This document shows positions 23,588-49,145 of a DNA stretch of 64,000 bases, one piece after another (positions within the stretch are counted from its first letter, which is position 1; the number at the start of each line of letters is the position of its first letter). Below the pieces are notes generated by a model. The model was not told the origin of the DNA. It did not search any database and was given only the letters and a program-made list of their open reading frames with translations. The stretch is from Octopus vulgaris (Eukaryota): assembly GCA_951406725.2 (NCBI GenBank), contig OX597818.1:91264001-91328000 (forward strand), in the 5' to 3' direction. The position numbers were made by a program, and so were the translations under genes.

Positions 23588-26500
23588 CATATATATATAT
23601 ATACATATATACATATATATATATATACATCTATATTTCGTTTTTGTATGTGATTTGCAAGATTCCTTATGTGGATTCCTGTTTTGAAGCATATTTTATG
23701 TGTCTCGGGAGAGTCATTCTCTTGTTTAGTGCCTTATTAATTTAACGCACTCACCGGTCTGATTTCCAGTCATTTATTTATTACTTTGTTTACTAAAATT
23801 TACGTTGCGAGTTGCAGCTTTCTGAATAGTCGTTGATTCTGTCGGTTATCGGAATTGCGTCTTTCTTTGTACGCCTGCGTGTGAGTCAGTGTGCATGCGC
23901 ATACACATATGTATGTATGTATTTATGTATGAATGTGTATGCATTATGTATGTGTATATGCATATATATATGTATGCATGTGTGCACATTTGTATGTATG
24001 TACGCTGCATGTATGTGTTCATGTATGTGTGTATGCACATATATATACGTATATATGTGTGCACGTTTGTATGTATGTACTTATTCTGTATATCCATCCG
24101 ATTGTGTGTTCATGTTTGTGTGTTTGTGTGTGTATTTCTGTGTTTGTATTCATGTGTGTGTTTGTATGTGCGTGTATGTGTGTGTATGTGTGTGTGCCTT
24201 TGCATTTGTGCGTGTACCTCTGTCTCCTTCTGTTAGATTGTGTTTGTGTATGGGTTTATATATATATATATATGTACATATACGCACAAACATGCCTACA
24301 TAACGGCCTACTAACATCACTGCCAGTGTACATATAAACTGTGGGTATTGGGGTATGACGCCTTCTATGTTTATTTCCTATTTAATACTGGAAATATTTC
24401 ATTAATGAGGACGTAATCTTGTACTTGCCTGAGTTTTGGGTCATTCGAGTGCTTGGATAAAATGCGGATGTGAAGTTGACACAGTGTGCCTCCACAAGGC
24501 ATTTGAAGCACCGGTGCTAAAGTAGAAGACATCCAAGGACCATGCAGTACTACTAAACACAGGACCATATGATGGGTGGGAAGCAAACTCTATTCCTTGA
24601 TACTTTTGTTTCAGTCATAGGATTACACTCGCAATATGGACATTACTTTGAAGGGTCTCTTCCCTTATGGAAATATTATTACATTTCATGATTCTATCAT
24701 TTATTATTTTTTTTTGCCCATCACTGAATTGCGTCTTTCTCATCTGAAGATTCTAGTTACTATGGCGCTTTCTTCTCGTTATACCGAGTACTTTATAAGT
24801 GGACGTAAACGTTAAGTCGTTGAATATCTGACTCTAGATTTTTTCTTGAAGAACATCTTAACAAATCTTATCATTATAGCAATGACTGATTCTTATATAA
24901 CACAGTAGTCGTACAGCCCAAGGCCAGCCATGATGGAGTCGATCTATGACCAGAAACATTGTTTGTATAACACTGAATAGATTGATCTATGAATCCATAT
25001 TTAAGACGGTGCAGTAATATAGCAGATCAAGAGATTGCATTGATTTCGTTGTATTCTGAGACAAGTTAGCAGTACTAGCCTCTGTCTTCTAATTCTCTAC
25101 TTGACTTCATGGCTGTTCCCTATTTCATTAAGCAACATTTCATGAAGTAACACTAAGCACAGAGCGAGGATATACTTTTTTGACAATTTATAATTTTGTC
25201 CTTCTTCGTCCTAAGTTCAAATTTCGGTGTGATCTTTACATTTTCTCTTCGGAAATGAAATAAATAAACAACTAAAATAAATAAATGATAATAAACTTCC
25301 GAACATATATACTCCTAGTGAACTTAGTAATCGACTATATCTTAGAAGAAATAGAAAAAAAATAAGCGCGTATTTAAAAAAAAAATATTAACATTCGAGA
25401 AATCAATATTTAAGTGAGTGGAAACATTTGAAATCTGTAAGAAGAATCTAGAAGAAAGAACCGTTAAGTCGTTTACTGTATTTTATATAGTTGTTTATTT
25501 TTTATCGAACGTCACATCAAACGATGAAGTTATCACTCAAAAGAAGAAAAAGAAATAGAGGACGAAAAGAAGAAGATAGGTTGGAAAGATTACAAGTAGA
25601 TCTTAAGATCATCTATTTATTAACAGTTTCTGAATTTTCATTTCACTAAAAAATAAGAACTGAAAAAAAGAATAATAAAAATATTGTAAACAAAGGTTTT
25701 AGGATAATTTTACCTGAAATAACACAATTATTATAGAACAAGAAAAGTGATTGATATGGGAGGATATAACTATTACTGATATAAATGATGATATAACTTT
25801 TTTCATATTAAGTAGTGAGAAGAGTAAGAACATGACATGCAGCCGTTGCAGGTCGTAGCTAGATAATACTGATGTGATCTATTCCAAACGTGAACAAATG
25901 CTCGTCAATGTTTGCAAGATATAAAAAAATAAATAAATATAATTGTGAATAAATTTTGCAATAAACAGTAAAAGTGAACGAGAGAACCTCTAAGTGGGCA
26001 TTCTTACTTAGAAATAGTGCTCAAACCTTGACCGTCTAAGAAAAGCTGCGTGAGATAATATGACTCCGGGTTCTATGAGCGTAATATTATAAGAAGGTCA
26101 CGGCTAAAATGATTTCGTTACAGAACTGCTTGACCGAGCTATACCTGCGGCTAAATAGCGGCAAATTCAAGGCATGATGAGACAAGGTTATGGTATTAGA
26201 ACTACTGAAGTGATAAGCATATCATGTGATTGTTAAATGGTACTATTTCAGAAATGACAAAGAGATTGAATGGATGTCTTTTCGCATCTAATCTTCAATT
26301 ATGTATACTTGAATTGCTTTCACTCAAAAAATTACCACATGCTTGTATCAAATCTGCCGGCTACATCACTTCACTGAAACTTTCGGGATTACGTGAATGA
26401 AAAAGAAACAAAAGAAAAAAAAAGAGAAGAGCGATAGTACCTGTTCTATCGGTCTCTTTTGCCAAACTGCTAGGTTACGGGGAAGTAAACTCACCAGCAT

Positions 26501-27601
26501 CAGTTGTCAAGTGATGGTGTGGGTACAAACGATGACAAGGGTAAATTGTGATGAAGACAGGTAACTTCTATTTTCCCTGCAGAACTGCAACTCTATCACT
26601 TTGGTATGTCAATAATACATTTAAATAATCAATATGTTTCTTTAATAACTCTATTAAAACATCACCAGATGTTATATTTTTCCGTTGTTTGCAAAGAAAA
26701 TATAAAATATAATACTAAATAAATTAATGTTTTATTATTTAAAATATGACAATAGCATCCACTCGCGAAATAAATAATAGTTAGGATGTCATTACAATAA
26801 TAAATTAAAACTTTTTTTAATGTAAATAATAGAGCACAATATAAGCATGAATTTCTGATAGAGAAAAATAATAAAAGGCTTGTTAAATGGATTCAGATCA
26901 CATATTATTACCTTGAGGATGATCACGTTACTGGTTCTTCTAAAGATATATGTGCTTTAAGGCATTATCGATAAAATCATGTGTAATCTATATGTAGTTC
27001 GAATTTCGTATGTGAGCTGGTATTTTTCTGTTTCAAATTACCACATATATTGGCATCCTTTTGTCTCGGGAGACAATGGAGTTGCGCATAAAATAGTCTA
27101 GTCCGGCTTTTACATTTCAAATCCTAATACATTTCCTGCTGTGGCTGTGTAGTCCACATATATGGTTAAAGCAATTATTGTTTTCGTGATGATAACAAGT
27201 AGAATAATCTTTTGTTGGAAACATTGCTCTGTTCATTGTCAATGATAATTAATATTTTAAGTAATATAAATAATATATATATATTTTTTATTTGCTACGT
27301 GACCCATGTAAACCAAAATAACATTTTTTGTTTGTTGAAAAACAATTCAATGAAAATATAAAATACACAACTTTTTAGACACGTAAAATCGAGAAAACCG
27401 ACACACATGCGAAATCCGGCCTTTACCTTTACAAATTCTATACACACATTTCTATCGTAAATGCTAAGTGTACATGCATATTTGATAATTGCCTTATCTT
27501 GTCAGATGATAGCTGTCTCACATTCACCTTGATTGTTTAATGAAATGCAAAACCAATCGAGAAATGAAATAATAACGAGACGTTAATACGCCATTGGATT
27601 T

Positions 27602-28009
27602 ACTCTTTTACTTGTTTCAGTCATTTGACTGCGGCCATGCTGGAGCACCGCCTTTAGTCGAGCAAATCGGCCCCAGGACTTATTGTTTGGAAGCCTAGTA
27701 CTTATCCTATCGGTCTCTTTTGCCGAACCGCTAAGTTACGGGGACGTAAACACACCAGCATCTATTGTCAAGCGATGTTGGGGGGGGGGGGGCAAGCACA
27801 AACACAAACACACAAACACACACACATATATACATATACATATATATGACGGGCTTCTTTCAGTTTCCGTCTACTAAATCCACTCGCAAGGCTTTGGTCG
27901 GCCCGAAGCTATAGTAGAAGGCACATCCCGAAAGTGCCACGCAGTGGGACTGAACCCGGAACCAAGTGGTTGATAAGCAAGCTACTTACCACACAGCCAC
28001 TCCTGCGCC
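27602..28009 (-). mobile_element. SINE family A, full copy
   Basis: Reverse complement of the family A consensus. Confidence 0.85.
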
Positions 28010-28940
28010 TATATTTAAGTGACAAAGCTTGTACAACACTGTCATATTCTTGATCCTCACGATGCGTCGCAGTATCAAGCATTGGAAGATGATTGGTTCT
28101 ATCTTTTTCTGAATGTTCACGTGAGAATATTTCTCCCCTTGAAGAATTGCCCACCCCTATGGTTTTTGGAAAATAACGGGAGCCTTCTCTAAACCTAAGA
28201 AATTTTTTTAACCCATAGATAGAACCCCGACAGGTACTACAGTTTCGTGTCAGAACAAACCTGGGGGTAAAGGCATTTTGGGGACGCCTCATTCCCTACA
28301 ACTGCGCAAATATTGAACGGTAGACACATCAACGAATGCAGTTTAATACCGTATCCAGGACATACATACATGCATAATACATACTTGCATACACATATAC
28401 ATATATACATACATACATACATGCATACATACATACGTACACACACACATATATGAATATATGCATGCATACATACATACATACAAGTATAATACATGAA
28501 TACGTGTATATATTTTGTGTTTGTTGGGGGGGGGGGCATATTTTGAATTATAATGTGCTTATAATATAGCGACAGTATCACTGTATTACATGAATTAACA
28601 AGGAAAGTGTTTCAACTCAAGATAGACTATTTTAAATAAAGTTATACGAGCTTAAAGTGTATATTTCGGCACTAAAATATCATTTTCAAAGTTGAAAGCA
28701 TTAAAAATCTATATGTATAAATATTTACGTACTTACATATGTGTACGTACGTGTGTAACGTGTGAAAGTAGGCATGTATGCATACATATACACAGATAGA
28801 TACACAGACGCATTGATTACTTTTTCTGTCACTACAATATATTTATAAATACATACACACATGAATGCATACTCGCGCGCGCACACACAAGTATTACATG
28901 CATGTGTGTGTGTGTGTACATATACAGTATATACAATATT

Positions 28941-29004
<64 letters not shown>

Positions 29005-29095
29005 TACATATGATATATACGTATGTATCTATGTATGTGAGTGTGTATCTATGTATATATACATACGCGTATATATGTGTATACATGTATGTATG

Positions 29096-29146
<51 letters not shown>

Positions 29147-32100
29147 ATGTATGTATAGGTTATATGTAAGTATGTGAATATACTACATATTGCGTCAGAA
29201 ATTCCTAGCAGAAGAAAGTTAAACGAAGCTAATTTACCAAAGGAATGTGCATTGAAACGATTTCAATCCCGCCTGAAGACACTAACAAGTGTACCACAAT
29301 TAGATAACACTGAGCATGTGGGGCACATTTAATTTTAACCCTATAGAGCCCTGTTCTCGGTATACTCTAAATAGGCTAACTGTAATCTCTACGGGATCCC
29401 CATGAAGCGGTAATGAACATCAGACCTAGAAAAAGATGGTGAGACACAAAAAAAGAGACTAGTCACGTGTAGTCAAGTGTGTTTGTGACTCCACGTTAAC
29501 GGTGTTCCCCATAGCTGTTGTTTACCTTTGTTATTAATCGAAGAAAACCCAGGAATTTTGGCAATAATACGGGCGTGTAACGAAACCAGGACTTTGTCTG
29601 GTAAACGAACAAGGTCTAGACTCCTTACAATTATTGATGATATCTTGTCTTTGGACGAAAAATTTACGTTTGCTCGGACAGTGTGAAAGATGCAGGCAAT
29701 CAAGCTAGTGAAAAAAAAAGATGAGGAAATTAGCGATTCGAGCGATTGTTATTAATCTGAATTCTTTTGTGATTCTGCCATTTAGTTTGACTGCAATCGT
29801 TACGTTTGTGCTGCTCGTGCAACTATTTATATTTTTGCTCGTGATCACATGTGGAAGGTAAAGATAGTCTTAGGGGACACGGTCTGAAAGTGCTTCAGAA
29901 AATCACGTACAAATCTATCTAACGGTTCTACAAAACCAATTCAGTTTATGCTGTTGAAGCAATGCTCTGTGTTCTACACAGCATTATGCTAAATCGTGCA
30001 TTTTTGAAAGTTATCCAACATACATCGATAAAAGATAGTTCATTTATTTCTCAAAGTATAAATTTGACACACGACAGAATATTTCATTTAAGAGAAGACT
30101 TGTGGTATATCTTTTATCTGTTACTCATTTCAGTCAACAGACTGCGACAACACTGGGTTACCACCTTCAATGAACTGAATCCAGTATTTACTTCTCAGTC
30201 TGATCATATTTGCCGAACCGCTAAATTATAGGAAGGTAAAACATCTAACACTGGTTGTGAATCGGTGCTAAAGGACAAACGCGACCGGGCGCATACACAC
30301 ATACATATACATACACACACAAATACATACACATTTATATAAATTCATACACACACACATACACAGGCGCGCGCGCACTCACACACACACACACACATAA
30401 ACACAAACAGACATACGTATATTTATCTCGAATCAAAAACGCGATTTTAAATGCGAATTTTGCTAGAAATTGAAAGGTTAGGCATAATACAGAGGGCAAG
30501 TATGGGCATTGAAAATTTTGATTAAATTTCATCCAATATAATAGAGACAACACAATATGTTTCAATAAAATCAGTGATTCTCTTGTTAACAGTGTGAAGT
30601 AAGAAGACAAAATATGATACAATAAGCCAACTATTGTATATGATTGACTTGAAAATTGTTCGAAAAGTAGGCAATCAATACGTGACTGAAAAACTTTTGT
30701 TTTAATTAAAAGTTTATTCTAAGTTGTTTACGAGAAATATATTACTGTGTATATACAAAAACGTTTATCACGAATGTGCTTAAGGACCCAGTTTGAAGAA
30801 TCTACTAAGACTTACAAGCGCTTTGAATAACATTTCCTATTAGATTTATAAACAGCCGTCTTTGTCGTTATATATTGAATGTTTGTCTAGAAAAAATACT
30901 CCCGTGAGGTCCTTGCAACTAAATTTATTCATTCCTTTGTGTGTGGAAATTACATTTAAAATTCTTGTTGAATAACACGGAAAAAACATAAAAGGCGTCT
31001 AGATTTATTAGATAAGTGAAATTGTTTGTGCTATAAAAAGGTATCTCGTCGTTGGTGAATTATTATGTAAGATATTTACACAAATATCCATTTTTCATCA
31101 CCCAGTAGAATGATTTCGATAATCTAATTCATATAAATGCAAAAATATATTATTTTGCTAAGGGAAAACTTAGAATATTTGCAGAGCTTGGTGTGATCAA
31201 GTAAAACATAATGACTATACCAGTGTTGCAGAAAATTATCAGTACTATATTAGTAGCTATATGACACGTAAGCAATCTTGAAATTCAGTATAAAAGAGAC
31301 GAAAATAGATATTGCATGAAATTTGGTTTGACATTCTGCTAATTTTCAAATCTTTTATGAAGATTACTAAGTTTCATAATTTCTTTCATTCTTAGATGAT
31401 GCCGTTAATGTCCTTGCTTGCCCCGGATTAAATCTGATTAATCAGAAATATTACTAAATAGTTCTAATGTTCAACGAACTGTCTCTGCTTCAAAGATTAT
31501 TTCTCCTTTTAATGGCATCACTGCTATGTAAGGGAAATGTGGTTGCTATTCTCGACAAATAAGCAGTCCACAAAACGTTTCTTCGCTGGTTTGTAATATT
31601 AGATTACTTTTTATGTTCGCCGGGATAGCAAAGACACAATACGAACTTTCATTTTGCTTCATAGATGAAATCTCACAAGAAATAAGTAGATAATATGCCT
31701 TTGAGCTTCATATTCATTAGTATAGATATGACAACCTTTGTTGCATTTAACGCTGTATATTTATAATAGATTGCTTTTTAAGTGATCATCTACGAAATGC
31801 AATCGGAAATGGAGATGAGTATTACACACTCACACAGACACACACTCACACATACACAGATGCACCCACACATACACACGCATATGTGTCGTCCGTACGT
31901 GTGTGCGTTGGATCTGTGTTGGGTGGTATATACAGCATGACATAACCAATTGTTAGAATGCCATGTTTACAATTATAGAGTGAAATTTCTATTCGACAAA
32001 AGAAATATAATCATTACTACCAATATCTTATTGCAGTTATAAATCGATATTTTTAACATAGCACAGAAATAGTAATTAAGAATAAAGATAAAGCTTAAGA

Positions 32101-33121
32101 TTTATTCAATACATTCTTACACGCGTTTCATGAATGAAATTCTTTTGCTTAAGAAATCATTACACGAGCAGTTTACATCATCAAATTATCAGAGATAGCG
32201 TAACAAAAAAAATGAAACCTTAGGTAATTATAGCAGTCTCAAATTAGCCTGACAGAAACATGGTTTCCATAGAACCACTTAGGCACATCTGTTTGTGCGT
32301 TGCTTATCTTTTTGAGATACAGGCCATTACACTGAGCGAAACAGAGGTAAATCAATTTCTCTTTACTCGCTTAGGAAAATATTATTTATGCAAAAAATTG
32401 CGTTCTTTTGAATACAACTTTTGACGTCACCGTTTCGGACTCTACTGCTTAGCTTCAAAGATATAACCATCAAGGCAACTCAGGAAAATCCAATTTGTTA
32501 TGTAGACTGATGATAGTTATGTCTGTATGTTAGTGTCAATATTACTATTGTTGTTGTCGCCATCGTTGTTGTTCTGGTTGTTGTTGTTGTCCCCGAGCAA
32601 TTTCTCAGTTTCACACAAAATAATAATTTTCCTTGTGTTTATACAAGGAAAACGATTTTCATTTTCAAAACGTCTGTATTCTTTACTAAACATATGTGTT
32701 AATGTTATTCTGTTTTGTTATAGCAGATTGATGTCCATTTCCTTTTTTTGCTCTGCTAAGTATCGCTTCAGTGATATACTGAATTTACGAATCAAATCAA
32801 ACCAAATCAAAGTTCAAAATGTCAATAAAACCCATATTTTGACTAACATATAGGAAGGATATTTAAAAAAGAAAAAAAAAACATCATTCATTTTCGCTTG
32901 AGCAAATATATACATATAACATACAGGAAAATCTGTGGGAAGCTAAAAGAGAAATCCAATAATAATAACAATAATAACACTTTCAAATGTTGCCCCGAAG
33001 GCAGCAGTTTGGGATGAGTCGATTACAACAACTAGTACTTATTTTATCGACCCCGAAAGGAGGAAAGACAAAGTCGACCACAGCAGAATTTGAACTCAGA
33101 ACGTAGCGACAGAATGCTGCG

Positions 33122-34710
33122 AAACATTAGATGTCAAAATAGTAATAAAGGAACTTGAGCAGGAACAAACCTATAAATACCTAGGAATAAATGAAGGCTC
33201 TGGTATCCAGCATGCAAGCATGAAAGAGAAGGTTAGGAAGGAATGTTATAGAAGAGTCCGAGCAGTCCTGAAGTCTGAGCTGAATGCATATAATAAGGTT
33301 TTAGCCATAAATTCCTTAGCAGTACCAGTTATTCTCTATAGCTTCAATGTGCTTAACTGGAATACTAGTGAAATGATGAAAATTGACAGGAAAATCCGCA
33401 AGCTACTGACTTGTAATAAGATGCACCATCCAAAGGCAGACGTGGATCGCCTTTACCTTCTCAGAGGTCAGGGAGGTCGAGGTTTGATCCAGCTTGAGCT
33501 TACATACAAAACCACCACACTCGGACTGGCCAAATACCTTGAAGCAACCAACGAGTGGATGCTAAAACATGAAAGACCTAAAAAACTTCACTCTATTCTC
33601 AAAGAGAGCAAAAAATTCGCTGCTGATCTCTTAGATATCCACCAGATTGAGCAGGCTGAAGGAAATGCGCCAACTGCAGCTGCAAAGAAAATAAAATTAA
33701 TTGCAAAGACAAGAGCACATGAAAATTTAGCTAGCAGATGGGAACAGAAACCTCTCCATGGCAAGTATGTGGCCCGTAGCAAACAAGCTGGTGTCGACCA
33801 GAAACACACGCACCAATGGTTACGAAGTTCAGGGCTAAAAGCAGAGAGTGAAGGTTTCATATTAGCTGCTCAATACCAAAGCTTATTTACCCGGAACTAC
33901 CAAGCCAATGTGATGAAAAATGGAGCTGACCCAAAATGCCGATTCTGTAACGATGAGATTGAAACAATAGACGACCTAATCTCAGGGTGTAGAGTCTTAG
34001 CACCTGCAGAATATAAAGCAAGACGTGACAGAGTCGGCCAGTATTTACACTGGACAATATGTCGGCATTATAAAATCAAAACCGCTGACAAATGGTATAA
34101 ACATCATCCTGAAGCTGTGACTGTATATATTTGTAGAGGGAGAAAATGTGTCGATTCTATGGGACTTCCCCGTGCAGACCGACAGGACTATAAAAGCCAA
34201 TAAACCGGATATCATTATAAAAGATCAGATAAAAAGGATGTGTTTATTAATTGACATGAGTATTCCCTGTGATCACAATATAGCGGCGAAAGAATTTGAC
34301 AAGATTAGTAAATAAAAAGACCTGCTAATGGAAATTGAAAAAATGTGGCATCTCAAGGCGACTACAGTACCAGTGATTGTACGATCTCTATGAATGATAA
34401 AAAAAAGGTACTGAAACCTATTTGAAAATGATTCCAGGCTTACCATCCCTACAGGAAGTACAAAAAATCGTATTAACTGGAACGGCTCATGTACCGAGAA
34501 GAGCACTATCGCTGTGAAAATAACATCCATCCATGAATTTATTTATTTATTAATTTTTAAATACATATTTTATCTGTGAATTTGCGCGTGTAACCTGGGA
34601 ATGCATACAATGCCCTTCTCTGCCCTAGGTGTATGGAAAACACTCGGCGAGAAACGGAAGAAAAATTGAAGAAAGAAGGAAAAACCAATAATAATAATAA
34701 TAATAATAAT
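33122..34710 (+). mobile_element. R4/Dong-clade non-LTR retrotransposon (RLE endonuclease), 5'-truncated, ending in (AAT)n
   Basis: YKYLG, DRLYL..GGRGL, KPLHG, CRFC...ETID.LISGC and, after a frameshift, LWDFP...KPDIII...LIDMSIP...KISKYKDL (PD-D RLE); (AAT)8 at 34687-34710. Confidence 0.87.
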
Positions 34711-35370
34711 TTCTACAAGGTGTACTAGGCCTAAAATTTTGGGGGAGGGGACCAGTCGATTGCATCGAACTCAGTTCACAACTGATACTTAATTTATCGA
34801 CCCCGAAATGATGAAAAGCAAATTTGACCTCGGAGGAATTTGAACTCAGAACGCAACGATTCTGCCAGATTGCTGTCTTTTGAGTATTTTCTCCGATAGT
34901 AATAGCTAAAATGCTAGTACTTACAAAAGAAACAAGAGAAAGGACTCTTAACCAACAGTGTGCATAATATTAAAAGGTTCTGAAGAGCGGTCATTCACTA
35001 TTGACACATCTTTGAAATGCTGGGACCTAACCTCTGCAAACGGATGTGAAACCGCTTGCTCTCAGAACTGCAGGCCAATAACGCTGATCACCAAATCCTA
35101 TTTTTTACCGAAATCTTATAATTTGCATTTATCAGGATTCTGGGTTACAAATTACCTATAATATCCCCCTTTGTCGGCGCGCTTTCTCAGCAGCGTTAAC
35201 ATGCCCTGGTTTATAGAGCTGACTGTATATTCTTTGCATAAGTAATCATGACTGTTGTGTTGCTATTGTTTGAAATAGCATGTGTTTCTTTAATCTAAAC
35301 TTATTTATTATTAAACTGGAATATTTCTAATACGATGATGGTCATGCTGGGTAATTTAAATCCTGTAAAT

Positions 35371-35604
35371 GGCGGCAAGCTGGCAGAAACTTTAGCACGC
35401 CGGGCGAAATGTGGAGCCGTATTTCGTCTGCCGTTACGTTTTGAGTTCAAATTCCACCGAGGTCGACTTTGCCTTTCATCCTTTCGGGGTCGATTAAATA
35501 AGTACCAGTTACGCACTGGGGTCGATATAATCAACTTATTCCGTTTGTCTGTCCTTGTTTATCCTCTCTTGGTTTAGCCCCTTGTGGGTAGTAAAGAAAT
35601 AGGT
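35371..35604 (+). mobile_element. SINE family B, full copy
   Basis: Collinear with 18964-19198; other copies near 40180-40360, 49849-50065, 52630-52845, 32990-33125 (-) and 34711-34870 (-). Confidence 0.82.
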
Positions 35605-36494
35605 CATTTAAATCCTGTAAAGCAGAATCTCACTGGACTTCATACAAATAGTTGTCCTTATCATAAAATACCAAAACGGGTGTAGTTCATCAAAACCAAT
35701 ATTAAAAGAATCAGTTTGAATAGTTCCGAGACTGGGCAAAATGCTGAGCGGCACTTCGTCCGTCTCTACGTTTTCAGTTCTAACGCCGTCAAGGTCGACT
35801 TTGAACATTTGGGTCGATTTTGTCGACTGAACCTTCCATTAAATATTGTTGGCCTTGTGGCAAAATTCTAAACTAATATTTTAAGAATCAGTTTGAATAG
35901 TTAGCACGCTGGGAAAGTGCTTAGCAGCATTTCATCCACCACTGCGTTTTGAGTTCAAATATCACCGAGGTCGACTTTGCCTTTTATTATTTCTAGGTCG
36001 ATAAAATAAGCACTAGTCATGTTTTGGTGTCGATGTAATCGATTTACCTCTCCTCCGACATTTCTTGCATTGAGCTAAAATTTAAAACCAATATTATAAG
36101 AATCAGTTCGCTACTCTAAAAATTTCGTTCCGGATTTGTAGTTGTATTTATAAACTAGGGCCAGAATCAAATCTAGTTCTTCAATATCATTATTATAAGA
36201 ATGGATTCCCGATGCAAAAAATTTAGTTCCACCAGATTCTTTTAATTACAAAACTGGTATCACTCGATACATTGGACGATACTGCATTTCATACAGCTAT
36301 AATGCTATCGTTTTCATCACTTCCGTTTAAGTCTTCTGAGTTATCACAAATATTTATGCATGTGGATGTTGATAGAGATCACAGAGGAAGATGTTGCTGT
36401 TCTTAGCTTTACAAATACGCAAGACGTTTGGCCAAGAATTCGCATTACTAAGGGATTGGAATACATACAAAGATATATGGATATTTTATCTTTT

Positions 36495-36887
36495 ATCCTT
36501 TACTTGTTTCAGTAATCTGACTGCGACCATTTTGGGACACAATCTGAAAGGGTTTTAGTCGAACAAATCGACTCCAGGATCTATATTTTTTAAAGCCCGA
36601 TAATTATTCTCTCAGAATCTTTTGGTAAACTGTAAGTTTCGTGGACGTGACACACCAACACAATTTGTCATGCAGTGGTAAATGACAAACACAAAGACAC
36701 ACAAACCTATATATATATATATATATATATACGGCGGTCTTCCTTCAGTTTCCGTCGACTAAATCCACTCACAAGGATTTCGTTGGCTTCAGGCTATAGT
36801 AGAAGACATTTTCCCAATGTGCAACACAGTGGGACTGAACTCAGAACCATTAAGCTGGAAGACAAACTTCTTACCACACACACGCCT
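36495..36887 (-). mobile_element. SINE family A, diverged copy about 700 bp upstream of the crystallin promoter
   Basis: Reverse-complement similarity along its length. Confidence 0.75.
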
Positions 36888-37463
36888 ATGAAAGAACGAT
36901 TGTAGTACTATCGTCAGAATTGTCTGGTTTCTGCATATCTTTGCTTAAAACATGTCATATCCAATTCCATTATGAGCAATGCAGCAAACATGCGTTTCGA
37001 GAATTCTTAGACAGGATTCCTTAAATGATACGCTTTAAGAAAAAAAAATTACTGTTTCTAATGCTGACGCACGAATAATTTGTCGAGGAATTTATGTAAA
37101 ATATTAAACAAATACAAGGACAATACTCGTGGGAGATAATAAAATAAAATCAAGAGGGAAATGTATTTATCTTAATTTTAATTGTGAGATGTAATCGATC
37201 GTCAAATAGAGTTTACTTTGAAGATGAAATGGCCGTCACTGTGGGAAAGTCATGTCATGTATTTATATTTTATTTTATCTATTCTCCTTCCTGTCTTTAT
37301 CTTACATTTTTTTCAAACAGTTGTTTCAACAATTTTACTGTAATGGTTGTTAAATCGAGTTGTGCACTTGTTGCAAGGAAAAGAAAGACAAATTACTTGT
37401 GAATTCACTCTCAAAAATGTGCATGTCTTCTGTTTAGAAGCTTAAATGACAGTAATAGACAGT

Positions 37464-37473
37464 GCGCAGTCAC
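37464..37473 (-). promoter_or_regulatory. Candidate antioxidant-response element (RTGACnnnGC)
   Basis: Minus strand reads GTGACTGCGC, about 110 bp upstream of the TATA box; a short motif that could occur by chance. Confidence 0.35.
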
Positions 37474-37584
37474 CTATTTTGGGAGAACATCACGTAATTA
37501 ACAAGTCGCTATGACTTTTCTCTTAGTCCTTCAGTAATTAGTTTGGCATTATTCATTATCTGAGATAAATACATATCAGTTGAC

Positions 37585-37591
37585 TATAAAA
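37585..37591 (+). promoter_or_regulatory. TATA box of the S-crystallin gene
   Basis: TATAAAA about 125 bp upstream of the ATG; the predicted start near 37615-37622 is followed by a CA-rich leader with no upstream ATG. Confidence 0.7.
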
Positions 37592-37710
37592 TAGAGTCTA
37601 GCAGATGGAATCGGCCTCAAACACTTGCTGCACAACATACTTGCAACAACTAACCGAACACTTCTGATCAATTGCAACGTTGATAACAACACCAACAGCC
37701 AAAATCAACC

Positions 37711-49090
<11,380 letters not shown>

Positions 49091-49139
49091 TTGGAAATAA
49101 GGTTAAGATACCATGCATTGAAGATTGTTACCGATATGA

Positions 49140-49145
49140 AATAAA
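49140..49145 (+). terminator. Polyadenylation signal AATAAA of the S-crystallin gene
   Basis: AATAAA 50 nt after the stop codon, followed by a GT/T-rich downstream tract (tgttgtttgattgttttt). Confidence 0.7.

Noticed and set aside
23833-24337. Cys/Val/Tyr-rich ORFs (also at 2220-2510, 21356-21752, 28237-29158, 40682-41281, 57366-57663, 62163-62519)
   Set aside because: Translations of TA/TG/TACA repeats, which lack stop codons; only the part of 40720-41250 overlapping crystallin exon 3 is real
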